Positions 50,355-60,204 of a DNA stretch of 64,000 nucleotides are shown piece by piece. Made by a program: the position numbers and the translations under genes. The notes under the pieces were generated by a model. The model saw only the letters and a list, made by a program, of their open reading frames with translations, was not told where the DNA came from and did no database searches. The DNA comes from Fibrobacteria bacterium (GTDB lineage Bacteria; Fibrobacterota; Fibrobacteria; UBA11236): the NCBI GenBank assembly GCA_043732185.1, contig JAYTHY010000074.1, forward strand, positions 1 through 64,000, given 5' to 3'. Within the stretch, counting starts at the first letter, position 1; each line of letters begins with the position of its first letter.

Positions 50355-53051
50355 TTACTTCTTAATTGCCAGTGCAGCGGCCTTGGGCAGAGTAGCCGGA
50401 TGAATCCGGCGACGGTCCCACCAAACTACAAACGGGCAGGCCACGGCGATAGTGGAATAGGTGCCTACTACGACGCCGATAACCATCGCGATGCTGAAGT
50501 CACGAACCGACGAGGCGCCCATGATGGAGAGAACCAGCACGGTGAAGAGCACAGTTAAATGGGTGATTATACTTCGGCTCAAGCATTGGTTATTGGCATT
50601 GTTTACGCGGGTTGCAAAACTTTCCTTTGAGCTTGCCACGCCGGTCAGTTCCCGGATCCTATCGAAGATAACGATGGAATCATTCAAGGAATACCCGATA
50701 ATGGTCAAGATAGCGGCCACAAAGTCCAAGGAGATTTCCATCCCAAATAAGGCGAACAAACCGAGCGTGATTATACTGTCATGGATAAGTCCCAACACGC
50801 CGCCTACGCCAAAGCCGAGTCCATTTCGCCCAAAGCGGAACCAGATATACAGCACGATAAGAACCAACGCGGCCAGAATAGACATGATGGCGGAACGCCG
50901 CAAATCCTTGCCAACCGAGGGCCCAACAGTATCTTCGCCTTCAATAGTGGCGCCGATAACGGCTTTCTCAACCAGAGCTTTGGTTTTAGCATCTTCACCG
51001 GTTTTGGGTAGGAAGATAAGCAGGCGATTTTCGTTTTGACTTCCTAGAGTCTGAACGCGTGGATCTTCAAGGCCAGCAGCCTCGATTTCCTTACGCACTT
51101 TTTCGATATCTGGCAGTTGCTCGAATTTAACGCGATAGACATTTCCACCGGTAAAGTCGATGCCGAAGTGCAAGCCTCTAACCGCAACGGCACCCAAAGC
51201 CAAGGCGAACACGGCGATGGACAAGCCCACATAATACCGGGCCCAGGGAATAACTTTGATGTCTACAGTATGAAACCAGGTAATGCCTTTTCCGATGGAC
51301 AAAACCTTTATATCGCGACGAGCCAAGATGTAATCGAATACTAAGCGCGACACTCCGATTGCCGTATATAAGGAGGCGGAAATACCCACCATCAAGGTTA
51401 GCCCGAAGCCTTTAATAGGACCAATGCCGATGTAGTAGAGAATTGCCGCGGTACCCAAAGTGGTCACGTTGGAATCGAAAATGGCACTGAAGGCTTTCTT
51501 ATAGCCTGCATCAATGGCAGCCCGCACGCTGCGACCGTTGCGAAGTTCTTCACGAATACGCTCAAAGATCAGTACGTTAGAATCCACAGCCATACCAATG
51601 GTGAGCACTATACCGGCAATGCCAGGCAAGGTCAACGTGGCATGAAAGGCGCTTAAAACTGCAAAGAGCAGAATCATGTTTAAAAAGAGAGCCAAGTCCG
51701 CGATGAGACCCGCGCCCTTATAATAGAAGGCCATGAAAGCCGCAACGAGCGCCAAAGCCACGACGGCGGCCAAGAGTCCCTTTTTAATATTGTCTTCACC
51801 CAAGGTAGGGCCTACAGAACGCAATTCAGCGATTTGCATCGGGGCCGGCAAGGAACCGGCACGCAAGGTCACGGACAATTGCTTGGCTTCCTTCATGTCG
51901 CCAATTCCAGTGATGGATGCACGCCCATTGGGAATACGTCCTTGAATAACAGGGGCGGAATACACCACAGAGTCCAGGACAATGGCCAGCTGACGGCCGA
52001 TATTGGCTCCTGTCACTCGGCCAAACTCCTTAGGACCCAACCCTTTAAAAGTTAGGCTGACTTCGGTTTCTCCAGCGTTCATTCCGCCGGAAAGCCTTTG
52101 GGGACGGGCATCGGCAATGGTTGCACCGGTCATTTCCGGACGGCGCTTTAGCAAATACAAGCGCCGGGTTTTACCCCCGCCTTGCTGCACTTCAACATCG
52201 CGTCCCCAGAGGAATTGATAACGCGCGGGGATGAGTTGCTGCACTTCCGGATCTTCCAAAATACGCTTAGCCTTATCGACATTCTCGGCCTTGACCGCAA
52301 TATCGCGGCCCATGCTAACTAAGAGTGAGCCAAAGGGGCGGTTCTTAAAAAATTCGGAGGCGGTTTCGCTGGTATCAGCAGCGGAATCGGTTTTTTTCAA
52401 GCTGTCATTGGCAGCAACTTTCGTGGTGTCTTTGGCCCCTATAGCACTGACCGATTTTGTGGAATCCGTAGCCATAACACGGCCGAACATATCAGCAACG
52501 GCTCGGGATGTATCACTAGCCTGTTTCGTGCCTGCCATAGGCTTGCCACCGGAGCGGCGATTGAGGAATCCGTCGATTTTATCCAGAACGGGTTTGAACT
52601 CCGTCGCTTCAGGAACCAATTTGAATTCAAGCAGCGCTGTGGCACCGATGAGTCTACGCGCATCCTCTGCGCCCATACCTGCCAAATCTGCTACAATGCG
52701 GTTTTCACCGGAACGGGTGATCATGGGCTCGCTCAATCCGTATTGATCGACGCGATTTCGGAGAATCTCCAAAGAACGATCCATCACGTCCTTCTGGGCA
52801 TCCTTATCCAGTTTATCCTTCTGCACTTCTACAATAATATGCGTACCGCCCGCTAAGTCCAGGCCTAGGTTGATAGCCTTGGCGGCCATTTCCGGATGTT
52901 CACGCTTATAAATTTCCCGAGTGCGCTGTTCCAGGGGTAGGTTGGCGTCATTCTTCTTAGAAAAGACCATCAAGGTCGGGAAGAGACTAATGCCACACAA
53001 TACCAGAACAACGATCAGCAATACGGTACGAAAACCTGTTTCCCTTTTCAT
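50355..53051 (-). CDS. secDF: Fused protein translocase subunit SecDF
   Basis: LGLDLAGG, GMAVDSNVLIFERIREE, GIDFTGG, GYSLNDSIVIFDRIRE. Confidence 0.96.
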   Translation of the reverse strand: MKRETGFRTVLLIVVLVLCGISLFPTLMVFSKKNDANLPLEQRTREIYKREHPEMAAKAINLGLDLAGGTHIIVEVQKDKLDKDAQKDVMDRSLEILRNRVDQYGLSEPMITRSGENRIVADLAGMGAEDARRLIGATALLEFKLVPEATEFKPVLDKIDGFLNRRSGGKPMAGTKQASDTSRAVADMFGRVMATDSTKSVSAIGAKDTTKVAANDSLKKTDSAADTSETASEFFKNRPFGSLLVSMGRDIAVKAENVDKAKRILEDPEVQQLIPARYQFLWGRDVEVQQGGGKTRRLYLLKRRPEMTGATIADARPQRLSGGMNAGETEVSLTFKGLGPKEFGRVTGANIGRQLAIVLDSVVYSAPVIQGRIPNGRASITGIGDMKEAKQLSVTLRAGSLPAPMQIAELRSVGPTLGEDNIKKGLLAAVVALALVAAFMAFYYKGAGLIADLALFLNMILLFAVLSAFHATLTLPGIAGIVLTIGMAVDSNVLIFERIREELRNGRSVRAAIDAGYKKAFSAIFDSNVTTLGTAAILYYIGIGPIKGFGLTLMVGISASLYTAIGVSRLVFDYILARRDIKVLSIGKGITWFHTVDIKVIPWARYYVGLSIAVFALALGAVAVRGLHFGIDFTGGNVYRVKFEQLPDIEKVRKEIEAAGLEDPRVQTLGSQNENRLLIFLPKTGEDAKTKALVEKAVIGATIEGEDTVGPSVGKDLRRSAIMSILAALVLIVLYIWFRFGRNGLGFGVGGVLGLIHDSIITLGLFALFGMEISLDFVAAILTIIGYSLNDSIVIFDRIRELTGVASSKESFATRVNNANNQCLSRSIITHLTVLFTVLVLSIMGASSVRDFSIAMVIGVVVGTYSTIAVACPFVVWWDRRRIHPATLPKAAALAIKK

Positions 53052-53084
53052 TAGGCTACTGATTCCTTCATCTCAAAACCGTTG

Positions 53085-53134
53085 AAAAAATCAACCATCC
53101 CGGGAAGATCTTCCTGGGCTAAGTGGTTGAAAAA
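53085..53134 (-). terminator. Intrinsic terminator-like hairpin between TPR gene and secDF
   Basis: Minus strand TCAACCA..CCCAGGAAG-AT-CTTCCCGGG..TGGTTGA followed by TTTTTT. Confidence 0.55.
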
Positions 53135-53225
53135 CCGGCAGGAATATAGAAAAGACATCCCTATTTGCCAGTCATCTTGAGCAATGGATTGGGGTTGGGC
53201 TGGAACAGAGCCTTTCGGCTTGTAC

Positions 53226-53921
53226 TCAGGTGAGCTTTTGTCGGTAGGACTGGAGCAGAAACTCAAATTCCGGATTTCGGCGTAAAAGATCCAGATCCGG
53301 ATCTTGGAGCAGCCAGTCAAAATCGGAGAATCCTTTGCACAACGCCATGGTTATGGCTGCTAAAGCCTGTTCCCGTTTGGATTGCAGAGAATAATAACAG
53401 GCGAGGTCGTAGTAGGCGGCCGTGCATTCTGGATCCAGTAAGATGGCCCGTTTACAGGCGACAACACTTTCTTCCATGTCACCGGGCTTTTTAAGGAGGG
53501 AACCAAGCAAAATAAAAGCCGGGGCAAACCGGGGATTCAGTGTCAAACTGCGGCGGCAATGAAATTCGGATTGAGAAAAATGCTGCAAACTTTTATACAC
53601 ACCGGCCAGACAGTAATGGGTTTCAAAGGTATCCAAACCGCTGTTCAACGCCAGCGACAGGCATTCCACAGCATCCTCATACAGATACGCATCCGCGAAT
53701 TCAAGTCCCCGATCAAATAACCACTTGGCTTCCGGGGCATCCGGGACGGGCGCACCCGCACTATTTGACGGAAGAAATTTTTCCAAAATGTTCATTGCCG
53801 CAGAAATCTTTCCCGCCTGGAAAAGAAGATCGGAAAGCTCCTGATAGAGCGCCCTATCCTCCCCGGAAGATTTGATTCTCTCCCTGAGAGCTCCGACTTG
53901 GTCCTTTAAGCAATCGTCCAT
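53226..53921 (-). CDS. Tetratricopeptide repeat protein
   Basis: TPR motifs; C-terminal YYDLACYYSL..DPDLDLLR motif; start uncertain (ATG 53921). Confidence 0.75.
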   Translation of the reverse strand: MDDCLKDQVGALRERIKSSGEDRALYQELSDLLFQAGKISAAMNILEKFLPSNSAGAPVPDAPEAKWLFDRGLEFADAYLYEDAVECLSLALNSGLDTFETHYCLAGVYKSLQHFSQSEFHCRRSLTLNPRFAPAFILLGSLLKKPGDMEESVVACKRAILLDPECTAAYYDLACYYSLQSKREQALAAITMALCKGFSDFDWLLQDPDLDLLRRNPEFEFLLQSYRQKLT

Positions 53922-54077
53922 AAACCCCGGCTTATGCCCTGTTTTCGGTTTGGGTCTAATCTCAAATAAAATATAGTGCGGGTAGGCGGGTACCGGGCGA
54001 CAAAAGTCGAAAAAGGCACTTTTTCTTAATTCAGCCCTAATTCCATTAGATTCACAAATAATTGACAAAAAAAGAAT

Positions 54078-54104
54078 TAAAGTCGACTCGAAATATGCCG
54101 ATAT
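54078..54104 (+). promoter_or_regulatory. Sigma28 (FliA)-type promoter
   Basis: TAAA-N15-GCCGATAT, 17 nt upstream of ATG 54122, with SD AGGAG. Confidence 0.8.
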
Positions 54105-54121
54105 ACTAAGCAGGAGTAGAC

Positions 54122-54502
54122 ATGAGTATGGTCGTCAACCCAGTCACCCGAAGCCTTAACCTCCCTCCTTCGCCAGTTGTGCCATCGGACACGGTGGGGG
54201 CAGATGAAGTCGCGGCAAAAGCAGTAGAAACCACCAAAGTGACCGCTGCACCTGAGTCTGGGAATCCAGCCCCTCACGGTGGCACTTCGGGTCAACCTGG
54301 CCTGGGTGATCATGTCGATGTATACGCTGCAGAGGCTGCAAAAATATCCGCGGAGAAAATCACACAAAGCCTGCTTGGAAAAGAGGGCGAGACCCCCAAA
54401 GGCATTGAACCCCCATCCAAGGAAGATTTTCCGTTCTTAACGCTTCTGGGTGATTCCACCCCACATAAAACTCCTGGCCACGTAATCGATACGACTGTTT
54501 AA
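54122..54502 (+). CDS. Small low-complexity protein with YjfB-like terminal motifs
   Basis: SD AGGAG; LGDHVDVYA and C-terminal PGHVIDTTV motifs. Confidence 0.65.
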   Translation: MSMVVNPVTRSLNLPPSPVVPSDTVGADEVAAKAVETTKVTAAPESGNPAPHGGTSGQPGLGDHVDVYAAEAAKISAEKITQSLLGKEGETPKGIEPPSKEDFPFLTLLGDSTPHKTPGHVIDTTV

Positions 54503-54546
54503 TATTTTGGTATCCTGAAGTCCACTCTATTGGTATCATCAGGGCT

Positions 54547-55371
54547 ATGCCATGGAAACGCCTGAAAAGGAGTCTTTTCCGTTTAATCGGTTCTAAAGGA
54601 TACCAGGCTGTTCATGCGGGTTACTTTTTTGCGCGCATGTTTCGGGCCTTGCGAATGCCCCAATATGCTCAAGGCTTTTTCGGAGCGGACTTGCTTGCGT
54701 TCGCCGCGCGCCTCAAACCCGGTGACCGCGTACTCGATATAGGTGCCTTTTTGGGCGCCTCGACCGTACTGTTTGCCAATGCTGTAGGGAAATCCGGCCT
54801 GGTTCTGGCTTTTGAGCCCGTTCACGGTAAGTTGTTAAAAAGGGTTTTGTTCCCCTTCCGACTTCGACAGGTTTCACTTCAACCCATTGGCGTCGGGGCG
54901 GAAAATATTTCCACCGATTTTTTGATACCCATTTATTTTGGTGTGCCGCTTTATTCGCAATCCGGATTTTCCAATTCCTACGCTGCCGAAAATATCGGTC
55001 CCGGATATTCCTTCCAAAAACGCAGGGTGGAAATTATCCGTCTCGATGATTTTTTAGCGCGCCAGAACCTGGCTCCCGAGTCCATAGCCGCAGTAAAAAT
55101 CGATGTGGAAGGATCGGAAATGTCCCTATTTGCCGGAGGGGAAAACTTCTTCCAACGATTCCAAGGATTGCTTCTATGCGAATTCTGGTTCAATCAAGTT
55201 CCGCCTCCGGGTTGGACCTGGCTTCGTGAACAAGGGTATCTTTGCCGTTACCTTGGTAAAAACGGACAATGGCTGCCTGCCAATACCTCAGATGAAATGC
55301 GGGAGATTTGCCACGGGGAAACGTATGGTAATTTCTTTTTTAGTTCAAGGCATGGGCATTTCTTCGCCTAA
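54547..55371 (+). CDS. FkbM-family methyltransferase
   Basis: LDIGAFLG, AFEP, RLDD, KIDVEGSE. Confidence 0.9.
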   Translation: MPWKRLKRSLFRLIGSKGYQAVHAGYFFARMFRALRMPQYAQGFFGADLLAFAARLKPGDRVLDIGAFLGASTVLFANAVGKSGLVLAFEPVHGKLLKRVLFPFRLRQVSLQPIGVGAENISTDFLIPIYFGVPLYSQSGFSNSYAAENIGPGYSFQKRRVEIIRLDDFLARQNLAPESIAAVKIDVEGSEMSLFAGGENFFQRFQGLLLCEFWFNQVPPPGWTWLREQGYLCRYLGKNGQWLPANTSDEMREICHGETYGNFFFSSRHGHFFA

Positions 55372-55854
55372 TCGGTAGAGCCACAGGGTGAGCTTGCCTA
55401 ATCGAGCCAAACTTTTGGCATCTTGAAGACCAATACCATCCGTGCAGGAAAAACAATTCTTGCAATCCAGCGACAAGGAATCGGTCTTAACTGAAAAAGC
55501 GTACCCATCGTTCTTGAGGCAAGTAAAATGCTGCACGCCCTTCCAACGCTGCGTGAGCGATAATAGGAGCTGAGCAGTATCTTTCTGCGTTGGAGAAAAG
55601 GCTTTTTTGTGTATGGCTCTTTCAAAGCCATTTTCTGTTTCCAGTTGGCTTTCGACCCCCATTCCGATCTTGCTGGATTCGATTTTCAAGACGCCAACGG
55701 AGTCCAAAGTGAATGCCATCAGGCGTTCCACGGTATCAGCTGAGCGCATCGCGTAGGCTACTTTAGCCTGTTCGGCGGCCAAAACCCGGCGAGCTGGGAA
55801 AGGCAAGGTCAAAAAACCTAACCCCAATAAAAAGAAAGCTCGTTTCAGGGGCAA
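55345..55854 (-). CDS. Hypothetical exported protein
   Basis: Signal-peptide-like N-terminus, four Cys; no family recognised. Confidence 0.55.
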   Translation of the reverse strand: MPLKRAFFLLGLGFLTLPFPARRVLAAEQAKVAYAMRSADTVERLMAFTLDSVGVLKIESSKIGMGVESQLETENGFERAIHKKAFSPTQKDTAQLLLSLTQRWKGVQHFTCLKNDGYAFSVKTDSLSLDCKNCFSCTDGIGLQDAKSLARLGKLTLWLYRLGEEMPMP

Positions 55855-56047
55855 AGGGCCTCGCCTTGTTTAAACAAAAAGTTGAGAACAAGTTAGTTCA
55901 GTTGTCGGAAGGGCACTACCAGGAGGTGATAAGCATCACATGCTTTTTAGGGCGTAAAGAGGGATTGTATTGTTTCGATTTGCCGAGTTGACAGAAACGC
56001 TGGAAAATGGTGTATTTACGGGATATCTTCGCAAGGAATTTTTCAGC

Positions 56048-57091
56048 ATGACCTTTAGTATTCGCCTTTCAAATATCGCCTCCGTGACTGTTTTAACTTT
56101 ATCCGTTTTACCCCGCATGACCTCGGCAGGAAATCTGGATGGCATTATCAAAGCCTTTGAAAACAACCGAGAATATGTGAAACCATTCGCTACACTTTTT
56201 GGGTCCATGACCAACTCCGGTTGGTATCAAAGCTCTGCCGTACCCGCAGGTTTTGGATTCTATCTGGGATTGCCGATTAATGTGACGGGGCTGTCCGATC
56301 AGGACCGTTCCTTTTCCTGGACGGCCGAAGACCCAGGTTGCAAGCTCTATCATACCGACAATCCAACCGGTAAACAAACTTGTAAGGAAAGCTCCACCTA
56401 TGATGCGCCCACGATCTTTGGACGTAAAAATGGGCCAATAACTTATTCCTCTGACTACAGTCCCATCAGCAAAACCATTTTTGACTCCACCGAAACCCCC
56501 TTGAGCGACGGCAAGCAAGAGTTGTCCAGTTTCAACTGGTTGCCGTTTGTAGAACCGCAGTTAAGTTTTTCATTCAAATACACGGAAATCAAGTTGCGGT
56601 ATATCGGCTTGCCTTTGGACGCCTATGCCTTTTCCATGCCCGGCCTTGGCATTCAACATGACTTGGCTTCATTCTTGCCTCCGCTTCCTTATCCCCTCAC
56701 CTTTTCCGTGGCCGCCAATTTCACCTGGCTTTCGGCATCCTGGAAACCGGGCGGAAATATTTCCGGCACAATGGACTTGACCGGACAATCCCAATTCTTT
56801 GGCGTCTTAGCGGGCTATACCTATAAAAAATGGCTCGAGGTCTTTTTGGAAACGGGCTGGGAAAGCGCCAGTTTGAAAAGCGGTGGATCGCTGATTATTC
56901 ATGACAACAGCACCACCAACCCGCAGCCGGATGAATCCGTTAAACCGAATCTCAACCTGGACGGTCGTAATGGCTTCCGTCTCAATCTCAATGTGGCTTT
57001 TCACCTAGGCTATGATGCCGTATTCGGTCAAAATATGGGCGCTCAATTTGGAAATCAAATCGGCCTGCTCGCTTATCGTTATAAGAAATAG
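56048..57091 (+). CDS. Outer-membrane beta-barrel protein, DUF6588-like
   Basis: Signal peptide; YVKPF..GSMTNSGWY, APTIFG, EIKLRY, GLGIQH. Confidence 0.65.
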   Translation: MTFSIRLSNIASVTVLTLSVLPRMTSAGNLDGIIKAFENNREYVKPFATLFGSMTNSGWYQSSAVPAGFGFYLGLPINVTGLSDQDRSFSWTAEDPGCKLYHTDNPTGKQTCKESSTYDAPTIFGRKNGPITYSSDYSPISKTIFDSTETPLSDGKQELSSFNWLPFVEPQLSFSFKYTEIKLRYIGLPLDAYAFSMPGLGIQHDLASFLPPLPYPLTFSVAANFTWLSASWKPGGNISGTMDLTGQSQFFGVLAGYTYKKWLEVFLETGWESASLKSGGSLIIHDNSTTNPQPDESVKPNLNLDGRNGFRLNLNVAFHLGYDAVFGQNMGAQFGNQIGLLAYRYKK

Positions 57092-57124
57092 GACTATTGG
57101 TATACCCTAAACAAGGAAACGACT

Positions 57125-57766
57125 ATGACTGCACTGAACCGGAACAAAACAACTGCGCGACTTGCCCTATATGCCTTCACCGCCATTGCGATTTTAGGTC
57201 TGGGAGCCTGTGCGATTCAAGAAGGTACGGATCCCAACATTAGCGGCGGCCTAGTGGTGGCTGTTAGCGACACGTCTTCCATCAATTTGACATTCGACAA
57301 TCTCGCGATGCAAACGTATTCCGATTCCGGCGAATTCAATCTGGATGATATCCGTGCCCGGCTGAAGGACAAAGGCATCAACCCGGACTCGGTTACAATC
57401 ACTGGCCTCAAAGTGACCTATGACGCCACCACTTCTGAATTCCTTACAGCCAATAGCGGTGTGCGTTATTACTTGGAAATTTTTACTCGGGATGGAATTG
57501 CCGGCCAAAAATTGCTCACTCTTCAAACCGGTAAGGATAGTGTAGGCACCTTAAAAGCCTTGAGCTTCGATCCTAAAATGGTCTTATTCGAATTGGAGAA
57601 ACAGATTTTCCCGGCCGAAGCGGGTTACCCTGCAGTGAAGGCCGCCATTAAGGATGTCAATAAACACAGCCTCAAAGTTATTGCCGAATTGACCTTGTTG
57701 GAAACCCTTAAAACCAAGGGCATGCTTAAGCTTAATCTCGTTGTAACCGTGGCCGGTAAAGTTTAA
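57125..57766 (+). CDS. Hypothetical lipoprotein
   Basis: Lipobox LGAC after hydrophobic stretch; SD AAGGA. Confidence 0.7.
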   Translation: MTALNRNKTTARLALYAFTAIAILGLGACAIQEGTDPNISGGLVVAVSDTSSINLTFDNLAMQTYSDSGEFNLDDIRARLKDKGINPDSVTITGLKVTYDATTSEFLTANSGVRYYLEIFTRDGIAGQKLLTLQTGKDSVGTLKALSFDPKMVLFELEKQIFPAEAGYPAVKAAIKDVNKHSLKVIAELTLLETLKTKGMLKLNLVVTVAGKV

Positions 57767-57794
57767 CCCACTTGGATTGGAATAAAGCTTTTAT

Positions 57795-58388
57795 TTAGCG
57801 ACGATTGAAGAGGTCTGCTTCGCTCTGGAATCTTCGCCAGTCCGACTCCAATAGGGCGTAGTGGTATTCATCGCACCATTCGCCTTTGACAAAACAATTG
57901 TGGACCATGTGGCCTTCGCGCCGCATGCCCAACCGTTCCATCAACTTCCATGACGCCTGATTGCGAATGTCAGAAACCGCCCAGATGCGGTAGGCTCCGA
58001 GCTTCCATAGGTATTCGATCAATCCCGTCACCGACTCTTGACCATAGCCTACGCCATGAAATGCGACATTGAAATGAAATCCGATTTCCGCTTGCCGCTG
58101 GACAGCATCATTGATCCTAAAGGAAATATTACCTATCACCTTGCCACTGGATTTTTCTCCTGGCTTCAGCACTACCGCAAACTCATTCCAAACCTCAAAA
58201 GTGCCGGGAAGCACCGCGGATTGGATTTCCAAATCGTCCCGAGTCTCTTCAAACGTAAACGCATTCCAGAATTCATATTTCGCAACTTCGGGTTCGGATA
58301 GGATTTCGAAGGCATCCTGCAAATCACTGGCCAAAAAACGGCGGATGAGAAGGCGAGGCGTTTCATACACTACTTCAATTTGGCTCAT
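57795..58388 (-). CDS. GNAT N-acetyltransferase, RimJ/RimL family
   Basis: ETPRLLIRRF, AEIGF, N.ASWKLMERLGMRREG, WCDEYHYALL. Confidence 0.9.
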   Translation of the reverse strand: MSQIEVVYETPRLLIRRFLASDLQDAFEILSEPEVAKYEFWNAFTFEETRDDLEIQSAVLPGTFEVWNEFAVVLKPGEKSSGKVIGNISFRINDAVQRQAEIGFHFNVAFHGVGYGQESVTGLIEYLWKLGAYRIWAVSDIRNQASWKLMERLGMRREGHMVHNCFVKGEWCDEYHYALLESDWRRFQSEADLFNRR

Positions 58389-58471
58389 GAGGTTAGTTTA
58401 AATAGAAAACAGAAAATCGGAAAGGGGCATGCCCTGCCTTTCCAATGACATAGCACCTCCTAGGAATCCAA

Positions 58472-59041
58472 ATGAAAATTACCGATAGTGGCATGCCCCC
58501 TGAAGACTTGTGGTCGAGTTTTTTTTCACCGCAAGAAATCCTCATAAAATTGGGCGCGGCCTCAAATATGGCTCGCTTTGTTGATTTAGGCTGCGGCTAC
58601 GGTACGTTTGCGATTCCGGCAGCCAAAATGTTTTCAGATTCTGAAATCATCGCGATGGATATCGAAAATGAAATGATTGAAACGGTGACACGAAAAGCGC
58701 AGATGGAAAATGTGTCGAACCTAGTGGCCGTGCGTCGTGATTTTATTGCCGTGGGCACTGGGTTGGAGGATCAAAGTGTGGATTATGTTATGCTTTTCAA
58801 TATTCTACATGCAGAAAATCCAATCAAGATTCTTGCCGAAGCCTTTCGCATTCTCAAAAAAGGGGCTAAAGCCGGAATCATCCATTGGATCCATGACAGC
58901 AGCACACCGCGCGGACCTGCACTGAAAATTAGGCCCAAGCCGGAACAATGCCAAACTTGGGCCATAGAGGCCGGATTTAAAATAATCGACGAGAATGTTT
59001 CTCTGCCGCCCTATCATTACGGCATGCAGATCGCTAGTTGA
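58472..59041 (+). CDS. Class I SAM-dependent methyltransferase
   Basis: DLGCGYGTF, LFNILH, TPRGP. Confidence 0.88.
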   Translation: MKITDSGMPPEDLWSSFFSPQEILIKLGAASNMARFVDLGCGYGTFAIPAAKMFSDSEIIAMDIENEMIETVTRKAQMENVSNLVAVRRDFIAVGTGLEDQSVDYVMLFNILHAENPIKILAEAFRILKKGAKAGIIHWIHDSSTPRGPALKIRPKPEQCQTWAIEAGFKIIDENVSLPPYHYGMQIAS

Positions 59042-59062
59042 GCGGGATTTTCGTCAGCCAGA

Positions 59063-60022
59063 TTAAACGCCCACGCCTTCGAAAAGAATACTGGAAATAT
59101 AGCGCTCGCCGGAATCCGGAAGGATGACCACAATGGTCTTGCCGGCATACTTTGGCTGTTGAGCCAAACGCACGGCTACCGCTGCCGCCGCGCCACAGGA
59201 GATGCCCGATAGAATCCCTTCCTCCAAGGTCAGCCTTTTTGCGAATTGAATGGCTTCAGCACTATCCACCTGTTCAACGCGATCCACCATGGATAAATCC
59301 AAATTATCAGGAACAAAGCCAGCGCCAATACCCTGGATTTTATGAGGCCCCGGTTTTATTTCTTCCCCGGCAAGTTTTTGGGAAATCACGGGGCTTTCTT
59401 TGGGTTCAACGGCGATGGACTCGATGGCCCTTCCCTTGTTTTTTTTGATGAAGCGCGATATTCCCGATAGCGTTCCACCCGTTCCGACTCCCGAGACCAG
59501 TACATCGATTTTGCCTTCCGTATCGTTCCAAATTTCCGGACCTGTGGTGGCTTCATGAATGGCCGGATTTGCTGGATTTTTAAATTGCTGAGGCATGTAA
59601 TACTCGTGCGGAGCAGCGGCAGCCATTTCTTCAGCGCGTTTTATCGCGCCCTTCATGCCTTCTGCGCCCGGAGTCAGTACTAGAGTTGCTCCAAAAGCCG
59701 CAAGTACCCGGCGTCTTTCCAAGCTCATGGTTTCTGGCATGGTTAACGTCAACGCATATCCGCGGGCCGCGGCCACAAAGGCCAATGCAATCCCTGTATT
59801 GCCGCTGGTGGGTTCAAGTATTTTTGTTCCAGGTTTGATCAGCCCACGTTTTTCTGCATCATTGATCATGGCTACACCAATACGGCACTTTACGGAATAG
59901 GCTGGATTGCGTCCTTCAATTTTGGCCAGCACAATCGCCTGACTGTTTCCTACAATGCGATTGAGTTTGATAAGCGGCGTATGCCCAATTGACTCGGAGT
60001 TGTCTTTAAAAATGTTTGTCAT
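59063..60022 (-). CDS. cysK: Cysteine synthase A
   Basis: [42 protein letters not shown]. Confidence 0.97.
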   Translation of the reverse strand: MTNIFKDNSESIGHTPLIKLNRIVGNSQAIVLAKIEGRNPAYSVKCRIGVAMINDAEKRGLIKPGTKILEPTSGNTGIALAFVAAARGYALTLTMPETMSLERRRVLAAFGATLVLTPGAEGMKGAIKRAEEMAAAAPHEYYMPQQFKNPANPAIHEATTGPEIWNDTEGKIDVLVSGVGTGGTLSGISRFIKKNKGRAIESIAVEPKESPVISQKLAGEEIKPGPHKIQGIGAGFVPDNLDLSMVDRVEQVDSAEAIQFAKRLTLEEGILSGISCGAAAAVAVRLAQQPKYAGKTIVVILPDSGERYISSILFEGVGV

Positions 60023-60204
60023 GGTGCGTCCTTATGAAAATTTTTGCGCGTGGTATCCTGTTAGGAATGTGCTTTTTTCCCCGATTTCTGGCAACACTTC
60101 AATATTCAAATGCGTCCGTCCACAAGCAAAACTTCGTTGCATATCGATGGCTGAGGAAGTAGGATAAGAATCAGTTGGCATTGGTATCAAGAATGGGGTT
60201 TCAA

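Noticed and set aside
53051..53320. 89-aa ORF upstream of secDF as yajC or a leader peptide
   Set aside because: No TM segment or YajC motif; it overlaps the TPR gene and a terminator-like hairpin.
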